A stretch of 64,000 nucleotides of DNA from Anolis carolinensis (Eukaryota). The DNA lies in the NCBI RefSeq assembly GCF_035594765.1, contig NC_085846.1:19517190-19581189 (forward strand), read 5' to 3'. Position 1 is the first letter of the stretch. The number at the start of each line of letters is the position of its first letter. Of this stretch, positions 1 to 12,400 are shown piece by piece. The position numbers and the translations under genes are program-made. Under the pieces are notes generated by a model that was given only the letters and a program-made list of their open reading frames with translations, had not been told where the DNA came from and ran no database searches.

Positions 1-921
1 CCTTCATGCATGCCTGTGCATGGAAATCTATGGTTGTGGTCAGGAAGCGTTTTGCTGTACTCCTGATCTTTTAACGTATATGCTGTACTTATTTCTTTAT
101 TAAAAGATGTATATTCTGTGCTTCCTTGTGAGATCTTTGTGTGATATACAAGTCAAATATTGGTAGAAGGTCAAATGATTCCAGTTTTGAAAGAATAACT
201 GTATTTAAACAGCATAAAAACATACCAAACATGTTAAGAAGTTGAAATTAGTTAAGAGGTTAATCAGTTAAAACTACAAATACGTACATTTAAAAAAATA
301 AATTAGGCTCAAGGGTAGCTGTGTGTGTTCTTGGCATTGGAAAGAAACAATTATCACCACCATTTGCTATTTCACAAATACGGCATCATAAGAAGAATAT
401 TGGCATGTCTGCAATGTATTATTACACTGGTGGTACACAGAAGTAGACCTGTATAAAGATAGAGGCTTTTTTCAAATAGCAAGGTCCCAATCTATTTATT
501 GCCCTGAAGTTTTTGTGTGCCTTCACGTGGTTTCAACTTATGGCAAATCTAATGTTAACCTATCATGCAGTTTGTTGTGTCAAAGATCACTCAGTGGGTT
601 TTCCACAGTCATAGTCGAATACTCACAACACTACACTGTACTAGCCCTCAAGTCATCTCTAATATCTTAAATGAATACTAGATGTGAATTGGGAACCAGT
701 CCACCTGCTTTATGATTGTTGTGATGTTAGTGATTTTGCAGCCATATTTTGTACTAGCTGTAGTTTTTGAATAATTTCCATAGGAAGATCCATCTAGAGC
801 ACATTATAATAATCTATATAGGACATTTCCAGTGTGTGAACTCCTGTATGTATGCCACTCCCCACAAAGTCTGTAGCTCTCAGACCATATACTCCTGTCC
901 ATGGTATCTACTTGAGTCTTC
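1..921 (+). repeat. Segmental duplicate of the V2R-C 3' flank (paralogous to about 45606..47054)
   Basis: Collinear similarity visible throughout, e.g. CCTTCATGCATG.CTGTGCATGGAAATCTATG at both 1 and 45606. Confidence 0.9.
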
Positions 922-2535
922 AGTTATAGTTTTAGAAGACTTTTAGATGTCTTAGGACTTCATCCCTCAGGATAAGTCAAACAGTTCAGAGAGTTGGTTA
1001 AACTTTGCCAAACCCCATTTGTAAATTAGATGAAAAATTTTCCTATCCCATCACACTAATCCTCCTCTCCAATTTCTTTAAGATTTATCCATTTGATTTG
1101 CCATCACACGGTAAATACTTGTTTTCCCCACTGTCCCTCCCCCATTTTTTTTTTTAAATTCTTTCTAATCTCAAGAGTTCAATTTACAACCCAAAAACTC
1201 ACAAGGGGTTATTTTTATATTGCAGAATCCAGAACAGGATGGAGGGGAAAATGAAGTTTTAGGTCTCTTATATGTTTCTCTTTGCTAGCCTTTTGATAGG
1301 CAAAACAAAATCCTGACAGCACAGCAGGAGTTTCAGGGAGGCAATTGTGAATGTTGAAAGAGGAGTTTGCTAAGTTTACAAAGACATTAGAAGAAGCACA
1401 GGATTTGCATGCTTGCTATTGTCTCCTAAATGTTTTGCATATGTGTTTTGCATATCTTTACTATATCTCCTCAGTCGCAAAATGGTAATGGTGGCAGAAA
1501 AGAATCAATTCTGCCCATCTCGGCTCCTCCCTCCATGATGAGGTCATTGTTATCTTTACAAGCAGTCAAGGGATAATTCACATCACATGGTAAATTGGGA
1601 GTATTTACAAGTCTCTATGTGGGGAATTGACTTAGGAATCATGGGAAAACTCACACTTTAGAAATGTAAAGATACCTCTACCCCATATTTGAAGCTTGCA
1701 TCATGTGAAGAGCACCAACTGTTTCACTTGAGCCCTGAAACACCCTTTCACCACAAACCACAATCTGTCCATGTAGTCTAGCAGGTTAAAGTTTATTAAA
1801 AGAAGAATATATAAGGAAATAAGAAAATATATAAAGAAGCATCAATGTTCAAAAAGCCAATTCAAAAGAATCTCAGAAGCCCAAAATTCATTCAAACACA
1901 GTCTCAACAATTAATCCACAGATAGATCCATAAACCTGGTAGCAGGAGTCCAAGGCAGGCTGTTTTAAACCATCCATGAAACTAGAAACAGGAACAATCT
2001 TGTAAACTTGAAAAATGTAACCAAAACCTAGGGACATGAACCGAGAGCTGCTTCCTCTTGACATCAACATTGCTCTCACAAAGGATTGTACAAGCAGAGA
2101 CCACTTAAAAGGCCTCAATCCCTCCTGTGACATCACTTCTCACACAACTGCTCTTTCTCTCCTTATCTCTAAGCCATTGAGAAAATAAACTTATCAGGTT
2201 CATATTTTTTCTAGAAGAATATCTACCTTTCAAGCATAACAGTGATGTGGACTTTATTTCCACTTAAAAAATCTATATATTTCCAAGGCTCATTGTTTAT
2301 CTTGATGTAAAAATCCTGAAAAATGCATATGCATGTATATTTTTAATGTACACAAAATGCACAAATCCTCAGCTCTCTAAAAAAATCCCATCATGTGTTT
2401 TGGATTCAATAACTTTAATATTAAATTACTTTTGTTGGGAAAACCATGTTTATTTCTGCATAGAATAACTATTCTGAAATTCTTCAGGGTGTGCAAATTC
2501 CAGGCAGAATGTTGCAAAACGCTTGTCTCTGTAAT

Positions 2536-3476
2536 TCAGCCAGATAAATGTGCACAAGATTTCAGTCTAGGGGTCTTACTAATTTTTCTTACTAGTTGGC
2601 CCTTACAATTCAGCTCAGATCTCATAATAAGTATGTAGCATTTGGGGAAAAAGATGCAAACCAGGAACCCCACACTAACGGCCAGTATGGAAAAGATCTC
2701 CACAATTGCAAAGTGTTTTCCCTTGATGCTTGAGTAAGCTGATAGAAAGCACAACAAAACACTGCAAAACACCAGCATGCCAAAAGTTATGAGTTTGGCT
2801 TCATTGAAAGTAGCTGGCAGCTTTCTGGCAACGAAAGCCATAAATAAGCTGGCAAGAGCAAGAAATCCAAGGTAGCTGAGACCACAATAAAACATGATAA
2901 CTGAGCCCTCATTGCATTCTAATATGATTTCTTTAGACAGAGAATGCATATCAACATCTGGAAATGGTGGGAAAATGAGTAACCATAATGTGCAAATGAT
3001 AACTTGAATAGAAGAGCAACCAAGAAGAATAGAGTTTGCCAGTCTTTTTCTTACCCAGTTCTTCATTCTGGATCCTGGTTTGGTGGCCATGAAAGCCACA
3101 ACCACTATAATGGTCTTTGCCAATATGCATGAAATAGCTACTGTGAAAGTCACAACAAAACCAATTTGTTGTAAATAGCAGCTCACTGTGTGAGGCACAC
3201 CAATAAATAGCAAGGAGCAGAGGAAGCAGAAAAACAAGGAGACAAGCAAGGTGAAAGAGAGATCCACGTTGTTGGCTTTGACAATGGGAGTGCTCTTGTT
3301 TTTGGTGAATATTACTAACACAATAGCTGTGACCAGAGAAAAAAACAGAGATAAAACAGTTGAAATGATCCCCAAAGGTTCTGAGAAAGAGAGGAAGTTT
3401 AAAGTCTTCAGATTGCATTGATCTTGCTTCTTATTTGGATACTGACCTTCTGGGCATGTGATGCAGTCATCCATAT
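2536..3476 (-). CDS. V2R-A exon 6 (end of cysteine-rich domain plus 7TM)
   Basis: DMDDCITCPEGQYPN...7TM...stop TGA; TTTCAG acceptor. Confidence 0.95.
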
Positions 3477-6400
3477 CTGAAAATATAAAACAAACAATAT
3501 GTCTATACTTGTCATCATTACTCTTTTGATATGTAACAACAGTTCCATAATGATTAACTCTCTGAAGTTTCATGTTTGACTGCTAAAATATGTTTTTCTT
3601 AAATGCCGTTTTGCTCTAATCATGTAAATCTTTACTTCATCTCACATGCAAGCACAAGTAACTCCAAAAATGTTTCTAACCACTATGTGATCTTTGGTGC
3701 AATATGATGATTGCTCAGATTGTTGGGGAAGAAACGTACTTCAAAAGTCTTTGTTTTGTGCAAAATCCATTTTGTTGAAAAACACACACACACCCCGCCC
3801 CCCAGGACAACTGCAACAGAATTACAAAAGTTTCAAAAATGTGAAAAACCTTGTGGAATTTCACCATTTTCCAAGTGGAGCGTTTCAATCTATTGATATA
3901 TACTTTCTCAACACTGATGTGAGTACATCCTACTCAATTACACAGCCCAACAAAAACAAAACAAAAATTCTTGGTGCCTTCATTTTTAGACCTGTTCCTG
4001 GGGTTATTTGAGGTGTTAATTCAGAAAATAACTTTGGGTAGACTTCATCCACTCTAGTTTCTTAGATGTTGTTACCATGATTTTCTATGGGGAAACAAAT
4101 AGTATATGTCCTATATTCTGTATCTCAAAAAGTAGAGCTGATCGCGGGAAACTGATGCCATTCTCGGGAGCAACTGGTAAAATATACCCAGAAACCAAAT
4201 TAACATTTGAGGCACCAAATTGTGTGTTGGATAGTGTTATTAAGACACACATATTTGTCACAAGGGCACATATTTGGGATGCCACGAGTCCAGACGAACA
4301 TGCATACTTGATGATTACTAAACTAGTCACAGTCTTTGTTCGATATACAGTCAGTCTCCACATTCACTGGGATCCCTAACACAGGACCCCCATAAGAGTG
4401 GAAAAAGAGATTTCCTCAAGGAATTTCTGAGTCCACCTGCATGACTCCTGGGACAACTTCTTCTGGAAACCAACCATAGAATTGCACTGTATGTTCTAGA
4501 GATTCCTAGAAAGGGAATTACTGATTTCTCCAGTATGACTGCTGGCATATTAGGATCAAGAGTTTCCTATAGAGAACATTTACATGAAATCTGTGAATAG
4601 TAAATCCATAACACTGTGGAGAGCCAACTGTATTTCCAAATGTGGAAGATGACAGATCTTTGTCAAGATGGCACAGCACTTTGGAAATTAGTTGTCCAAC
4701 TGGATAACATTGCAAAACATGGAAACAACTCCAAAATTTTAAATGCCAGAAGCCCCAAAGCTTGGGCAAAACTTGGAAAATGTATTCTTTATCAGGAAAT
4801 TAAGAGAGGCTAGAGGTGTAAGTCTACACAATTTTCTTCCCACTGTGTGAAAATCGTTGGAAAATGTGCAGTTTAAAGACTACCTGCTGTTTAAGTACAG
4901 TATTATTTTATATAAAATGTATAAGGCAAAGGTAAAAGTTTTCTCCTGACATTAAGTCTCGTCCTGTCCAACTGGGGGAGTTAGTGCTCATTCCCATTTC
5001 TAAGCCGAAGAGCCCCTGTTGTCCGTAGACACCTCCAAGGTCATGTAACCGGCATGACTGCATGGAGCACCATTACCTTCCAGCCGGAGCAGTACCAATT
5101 GATCTACTCACATTTGCATGTTTTCGAACTGTTACATTGGCAGAAGCTGGGGCTAACAGCGGGAGCTCACCCCACTCCCCGGATTTGAATTGCTAATCTT
5201 TTGGTCAGAAAGTTATACATTATTGTTTTTCATAGAAAACAGCATTTTGCAGACAAAATATAATATCTTTTCACAGAGGTATATTTTTCTGTGCACAAAC
5301 TGCTAATTTCTTCACAGAAAATGCCATCATTGTGAGATTCTTCTACACAAAATCCACATTATTTTCATGCACAGTAAACAGCATCAATTGTGCAAGAAAT
5401 AGCATGTCCAATGCAAAAAAAAATTGTCTTTGCAAATTACTTTAGCAAAGAAAATGCTGTTTCCTGTGCAAAAAAATTTTTGATCTAGTTCTGATCCTCA
5501 TCGGACAGGATATTTCTTATCTTCACATCTTGCCAGATGAGTAGGAAAAATATTCATTGGGTAGGATGGATTCACAATTAGCGGATCTTTGTGGCCACTG
5601 TCCCAGATTCCAGCCAGTTTCTGGGATGCCTGTGTAGATGCTCTGCAGGGAACCAAATTCATTTAATCCACACCCTGATCTGGGACCTCATCACATGAGG
5701 AATTTTTATAATCTTAGAACACTTCTGCCCCAGTTGAGTGACAGAGCCCCACCCCACCTATTACATGAAGTAGCCTCACTTCTGGCAGGGCTCCATTTCT
5801 CAACTGGGGCAGAACCATGGTAGGGCACTGCATTGTCAACACAGGAACTTCCTTGTGAGATGGGGAAGACTCACTGGTGACCAGGTGGGGAGTGGGGCAT
5901 TGGGATTGCCTCACTGCTCAGCCAATTCACCATGGAGACTGGCAGAGTAGCATGGGGAAACTTCATCATTGTGATGATGTCCTGGTTTAAATGGCTGTGT
6001 AGAAGCAGCCAGGGAAGCTAAGGAGGGTCGGCCCATGTCATTACTTGGATGTGATACTACCAACATACACCAGATGCTATAGATTACATTTCAGAGGAAG
6101 GAACTGAAAAAACTCCCTGAGAAATTGAAAGGATCACCATAAGTCAACAAACAACTTGAAGGCACATTCAATTATTTGTTTTCCAGATTTCAACACTATT
6201 TATCCATCAGTACTAGTAGATTGGAGTTATTAAAACAATTAGTGATATCCGCCTGCAATTATTCCAAGAAAACTGAGACATGAGTTGGAATCCTATTGGC
6301 AGTTAGAATAATCCTCCTGAACCAATAGTTCATTATTAAATAGGTGATTCTATTTTTGGCTGTTAACAATCAATGTTTGGTCTGTTGGTCATATTAAAAC

Positions 6401-9400
6401 CAGGAATTGGCAAAATCACCTCAGATTATTCCTTGCTTAAGAATACCCTATGAAATTAATGGGATGGCAAGAGGCCAACAGAAGATTTGAAAGCACATAC
6501 AATCATATATACATTTTTTCATAATTGCAAGCATATAAAATATTCCAAGGATTTGGAGCATGACTAGATTAATATAATCTCTATCCTTTCAATATCCTTT
6601 TAAACTACTGACAAAAGAAAGTCCATGTGAAAGGTTACATTTTAAAATCCAAATTAATGATGCCTACCTTTCCGGTCTGAGAATTTTCCATTTGCACATG
6701 GAACACAATCAAAGCAACAAAATGGTCTTCCCTCTTTCTTATTTTTTCTGCTACCTGGGTGGCAGTTCTCATTACAGAGTGCGGTAGGCTGCACCTGTCC
6801 ATAAAAATATACTGTAATGCCTTCTAACTTATAAACAAGTAGGGATATAGTGTAACAAGCTTTTAGTCAGCACTGTCTGAAAATTCCACACCTTCTCCCA
6901 CCCAATGTTTGGTAGAATTATAAGAAACAGAGGGCCCATCTACATGGACCAAATATCCTGAAGCGGACTAGCAATTGCTGCATTGTGTCCATATGACGTA
7001 TGGAGCCTTCTTGCCCTCAGTGTGGGATAACATCACTTAATACAGCTTTATTCCACATTAGGAATACTCAGGGAAATGCTTTGGAACTTCCCTGAAGCTC
7101 CAGAGCAGTTCTGTACTTCAAACTGGCCCTATTGTTCACATGGCCTGGTGCCACCACCTGTGTCTCCCATGCTCTGCAGTACAGAGACATTTACCTGTGT
7201 CATTTTTCATCTTTGTAGCAGAAGCCACAGAGATCCAGAAAGGGGAAGAGGATCATCTACAACAGGCATGGGCAAACTAAGGCCTGGGGGATGGATGTGG
7301 CCCTCTGAGCTCTTACCTCAGGCCCTCCACATTTTCCCTGTCCTCTTGGCATAAGGACATTGGCAGCCCGATGTGTCCTTATGCCAAAAAGACGGAGGAG
7401 GAAGGCACGCAGAAGCTGAGAGCCCTATGGAGCACTCAGTCACCACGTGTCTTGCCCTCCTCCCAGCATAAAGACAGTGCGAGCAGCCTTGTCATTATGT
7501 CAGGAGGATGGCTCGTGGAAGACGTACAGCAGCTGAGAGCCCTTTGGAGCACTCTTGCCGCTGCCTGTCTCATCCTCCTCCCAACAGAATGCCAAGAGGA
7601 CAGCCCGAGAATCGGGGGAGGAGTATCAGGGCCATTGCCGCATGTCCCGCCTTCCTCCCGGCATAAGGATATGGTAAGCAGCCCTGTCCTTATGCCAGGA
7701 GGACAACCTGAGGATGACCCGGACCCTGCTCTGCCCCCTCTTGACCCTGCCCTCTCTTCCCCCCCCTTCTCCCTAGTGTGTGACCTGCCATTCTCTCTCC
7801 CAGCCTGGCCCGGTCCCCTTCTAGCCAGACCCACAATGCATCCCCAAAGCAAAAAGTTTTGCCCATGCCTGATCTACAATGACTATATAATGGGGTTCAA
7901 TCTGCATTATAATGGCAGTGTAGATGGGCCTTGGTTGACATACAGATTCCTTCACATTGGGGCTGAGATGTAGTGAGGGTTGTAGTTAAATAGAAGCTAT
8001 CAGGACTGTGCTGATTTTGTGAGGCCAGCACTTCAGCACACGAGTAGAATTTTTCTAAAGAGTAGAACTCATATATTATCAGAGGTACGATTTCAAAAAA
8101 GGACCAAATAATACAACAAATATTGCTGCTGTGTAATTTTATAACATTTCAGAATCCTCTGTAAGAAAAATTCAGCCTTAGTTTGGATACATATATTGTA
8201 ATCTTTGTATCATCAATACATTTGTGACAAGCAGATATAAGACTTTTGCTTGTTTGCTTGCTTGCTTTTTCACCATAGGACATTGTTACTTTGCACACAT
8301 TTCCATTGTGCCGACATAAATTTCATTGAAGGCAGGCATCTGTTGCACCAGTTGAAATTTCAAAAATCTCAACAAGACTAGATTTTTTATTAACACATTT
8401 CACTTCTTTAACTTTGAACTTAAAACAGCATCACACTGTCCACATTTTCCACTAAACTGTCATAAATTTGGAGAAACATATTTTGTTCAAGTTTCAGCAT
8501 GGTATAATACTTTAGGAATTGTTTCAGAATATCAAGTGTGCCGTTCCATGGTACCAAACCACAATACTTTGTAAGGATTGAAATTACAATGAATGACACA
8601 ACAAAATGGCTCATTCTCATTTAGATTTGCTCTAAAGAAAGAAGAATAGAAACCGACCTGATTAAAATTCATGTGCCATGAGACGGCCTCCTGGTGAAGA
8701 ATCAGTTCTTGGTTTGGTAAAATCCTTCCTACTTTCACACTGGAGAAAGATTGATTTGGGAAAGTAACCCAGTTGATAAGATCAAATCCAGCTGCTAATT
8801 CACCGTTCTTATCAAAGGAAATAAAGTCACCAGCACTGTTGTTAAATGAGATGTCCTTGAGGAAAGAATGAAGCTAAATTTTAAGAAATCAAGGATATAT
8901 TTTACAAGATATATGGAAACAGATATCAGTGTTTATAGATTATGAAGCAAAAGCTTGAATGGGGTATAACATGACCATAGAATCAATGGAATTTGACAGA
9001 AATTAAACTATAAGGGCTCAATGCTATGGAATCATGGGAACTGAAGTTTAATAAGGTCTTCAGCCTTCTCTGCCAAAGGGTGCTGATGCCTTAATGACCT
9101 ACAAATCCCAGGATTCCATAGCATTCAGCAGTGGCAATTAAACTGATGTCAAAATGCATTAAGTCTATAGTGTAGATGCTTAGGCGCTTAGGCGATCCCT
9201 CGTAGTTCAAGGATGATGATCTACTGTCTCTGTTGTATTTTTCTTGGAAGATGCTTGTGCGTGATTTTTTTTTTAATGTGTGGAGGTCGGTGCATGGCCG
9301 ATCAACACATAGTCTTCACAGAGTAAGGTCCCAGCAGTGGTGTGATTAACACAACAGGAGTGGTTTCTCAGTCTGTTGCAGCCTTTTTCTGCCTTCACAG

Positions 9401-12400
9401 CTGTTGTAACATGTACTATGTTATCCTCCGCCTGCTCCGCCATTGAGGTCTTAGGGTCTTTGGATTGTTCTTAGTCTGGATCATCCCCTGTGGCCACTCC
9501 TGGGAGTGCATGACTCCAGTGGTTGTGCCCTCAGGTTCATTGGAACACGCAAGCCCCCTCACCACGGCAAGGTGGCAGTCCATCGAGGGGGATGGAGTGT
9601 AGATGCACCCAAGTTACAAGCCAATGTAGTAAGAATTTGATGCCACCTTATGAGCAGGAGTTGAAAAACACCCCAAAATCTTTCATTGGTGCCAGTAAAG
9701 TACTCCGATCTTCTAAGACCTTTTGTTGCTGAATCAGCCTTGGAGTGTTACAGTTATGGGTTGATTCCTCACTATCTTTATGATGTTCCTGCACTTCTGG
9801 TGATTATCCTTGTTTTACTCCACTTCAGGCAAAGTTGGGAGATTCTCTCAAGTTTACTTAATACTATAAAGCAGTGGTTCTCAATCCATGGGTACCCAGA
9901 TGTTTTTGGCCCTCAACTCCCAGAAATACTAACAGCTGGTAAACTGGCTGGGATTTCTGGGAGTTGTAGGCCAAAAGAATTTCTGGGGACCCCAGATTGC
10001 GAACCACTTCTATAGAGTATCCTGTTATTTTGGAGTAGTGTGGACACTAAAGAAAGGTTCTTTGTCCACATGAGATATTGTTCATCAGCCAGGAGAAAAC
10101 CAGTATTGCAAGTGTCACCACTCCCAGCTGACCATCCATCCAAGCTTCTGGACATTGTGAGCACCTTGTTCTGAAATCAACGGAGATGCCCATGCAACCA
10201 GTGAGAAGTTAGGGAGATAGGCCCTGTTTTTTTACTGGTTGAACATTAGCCTCTACTGATGTCAAAATGGGATGCCCACAATTGCCAGGAGCTCATACGG
10301 AGTTCTGTGGCCAGCTGGAAACAGAAGATAAGGTGATGGCCTTGCTAGTCAATGCAGACTTGTCCTGGCTGAACTGTGTGGATGCCAAACTGCTACCACA
10401 GATAGTTCTGCAAGGTACCCTGGGCCAGTTCTGGGCCCAGTCGAGATCATTTCTACTTCAGACTGACCATGGATTTACAGTCCAGGTAGACCTGTCCTAT
10501 ATTTCCCCACTGAATATGAACTTCCTACCATGTTTCCTTGAAAATAAGACAGTGTCTTATATTAATTTTTGCTCCCAAAGATGCGCTAGATCTTATTTTC
10601 AGGGGATGTCTTATTTTTCCATGAAGAATTCACATTTATTGTTGAACAAAAAAATGAACATTTATTATATACTGTACAGTAGTTGTCATCACAAACCAGC
10701 ATAATCAGACAAACTGTGAATCCTATCAAGAATTTCTTGTTACTACCAATATTTCCATGCACAACACTCTATAGTATGTACATTTACTGATCCTGCATGC
10801 TCTGGTGTTCTGTTTGGCGAGCATGCTTCCCAACAAAAACTTTGCTAGGTCTTACTTTCGGGGGAGGCCTTATATTTAGCAATTCAGCAAAACCTCTACT
10901 AGGTCTTATTTTCTGTGGATGTCTTATTTTAGGGGAAACAGGGTATGTATTCACTATGTATTTCTCCGGTGGATATAGGCCTCTACTCTAATATATTAAA
11001 TAGTGATCCTTTTTTAAACTGGACAAAAACATTAGCCTCTCGAGCTCATTGAATTGCCCATCCAGTCACAATCTTAACACATTATCCTACTGCCGAAATC
11101 TCTTTCTGCCATTCAGTTTTCTCTCCAGACCCCTCTCTTTTAACAGTCCTAGGGCTGTAGTAGGCTAAACCACAGGAGACAGTGGACACTGGCTTTGCCA
11201 TCATGGAAAACTATCAAATATTATTTTATCTGATTTCAGTGGGATAATACCTTCAGTTAAACTGGTGGCAAAAAGAAAAGGCAATAAGGAAATATATATA
11301 TAATACATTTTGTATGCTCCATCAAATGTGTAGTCTCAAAAATTAAATTATTAATTGTTGGGGAGATGGTTGAGCATCATTACCTGCCAAGGTTGAAGAT
11401 TTGGAGAAAGTCGCCTGTATTCATTCATCACAGCTGTGGGCTTACGCTTCAATATCTTATGGAGAGCATGTGCAATAGCATAGACTGCATTATAGATACT
11501 GTAACTTTTACCTGTCATGCCCATTTCAAAAAGAACTCTAGGAAGCCTCTCCAGGTTTTCCTTCCCAGTGCAGTTAACACTGAATTTATTAAAACTGATT
11601 AATGAGCAACTGAAGACGTCTTCCCAGAAGATACTTAAAAAATTATCACCTTTTTGTGAGCCAGTGTGTAGCATTTGAAGGAATTTCAGAAATCCCATCA
11701 CTTCGTGGGTTTGAATTGCAAATGATAATGTACCAGAGAAAGCTTGTATATTGAATGCCTTTTGCATTGTCTCTGTTGAGAAATCCCATTGGGCTGTCAT
11801 AATCCACACTTTTCCAAAAGCAGTATATGTCGTACCTTCAAACATTGAGTACAAATAAATAAACCATTTCAACCATGTTGTTGTCTGTGGCTCAGCGTTA
11901 ACGATGATGACATTAATTTGTGGATTGGTTAAGGAAGCAGCTTTGGCTTGGATTCTGCTCAACGATCCTACTGTCTCCGTAACTTGAGATAGGCCTGGCG
12001 TTTTTTCACTGAAAGCAGTACAGATTCCATACTGTGAAAACATTGAAGTCAATGTCTGCACAAATATTTCTCCATCATCATTGTCCAATACAACAATCCC
12101 CACCCATGTCCACTGGAAATGCAAAAGCAGCTGGACAATTCCTGTGTACTGGTATATTTCATTGGGGACCATTCGGTAAAAAGCAGGAAGCTGTGCTTGA
12201 ACTCTTATTGCTGGAGCTAATACACTGTAGGCAATCTATGAAAAATAAATGTATTAATTTTTTTTCAGGATAAATGCCATATCTTGTGATGGACTTAATA
12301 ATTTACCACAGATTTCTGCTGAGATGGCAAATTTCAATATATACTTGATTTGTAACATATGGACTCATGTATAAGTTGACCCGATGTATAAATTGAGGGG

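Noticed and set aside
7371-7973. 200-aa Pro/Ser-rich ORF
   Set aside because: Lies largely within the GC-rich hAT element and shows no transposase motifs.
9500-9595. Definite HDV-like ribozyme call
   Set aside because: P1/P3-like pairing is present but the G-U cleavage pair, P1.1 and P2 are not evident; kept only as a hypothesis.
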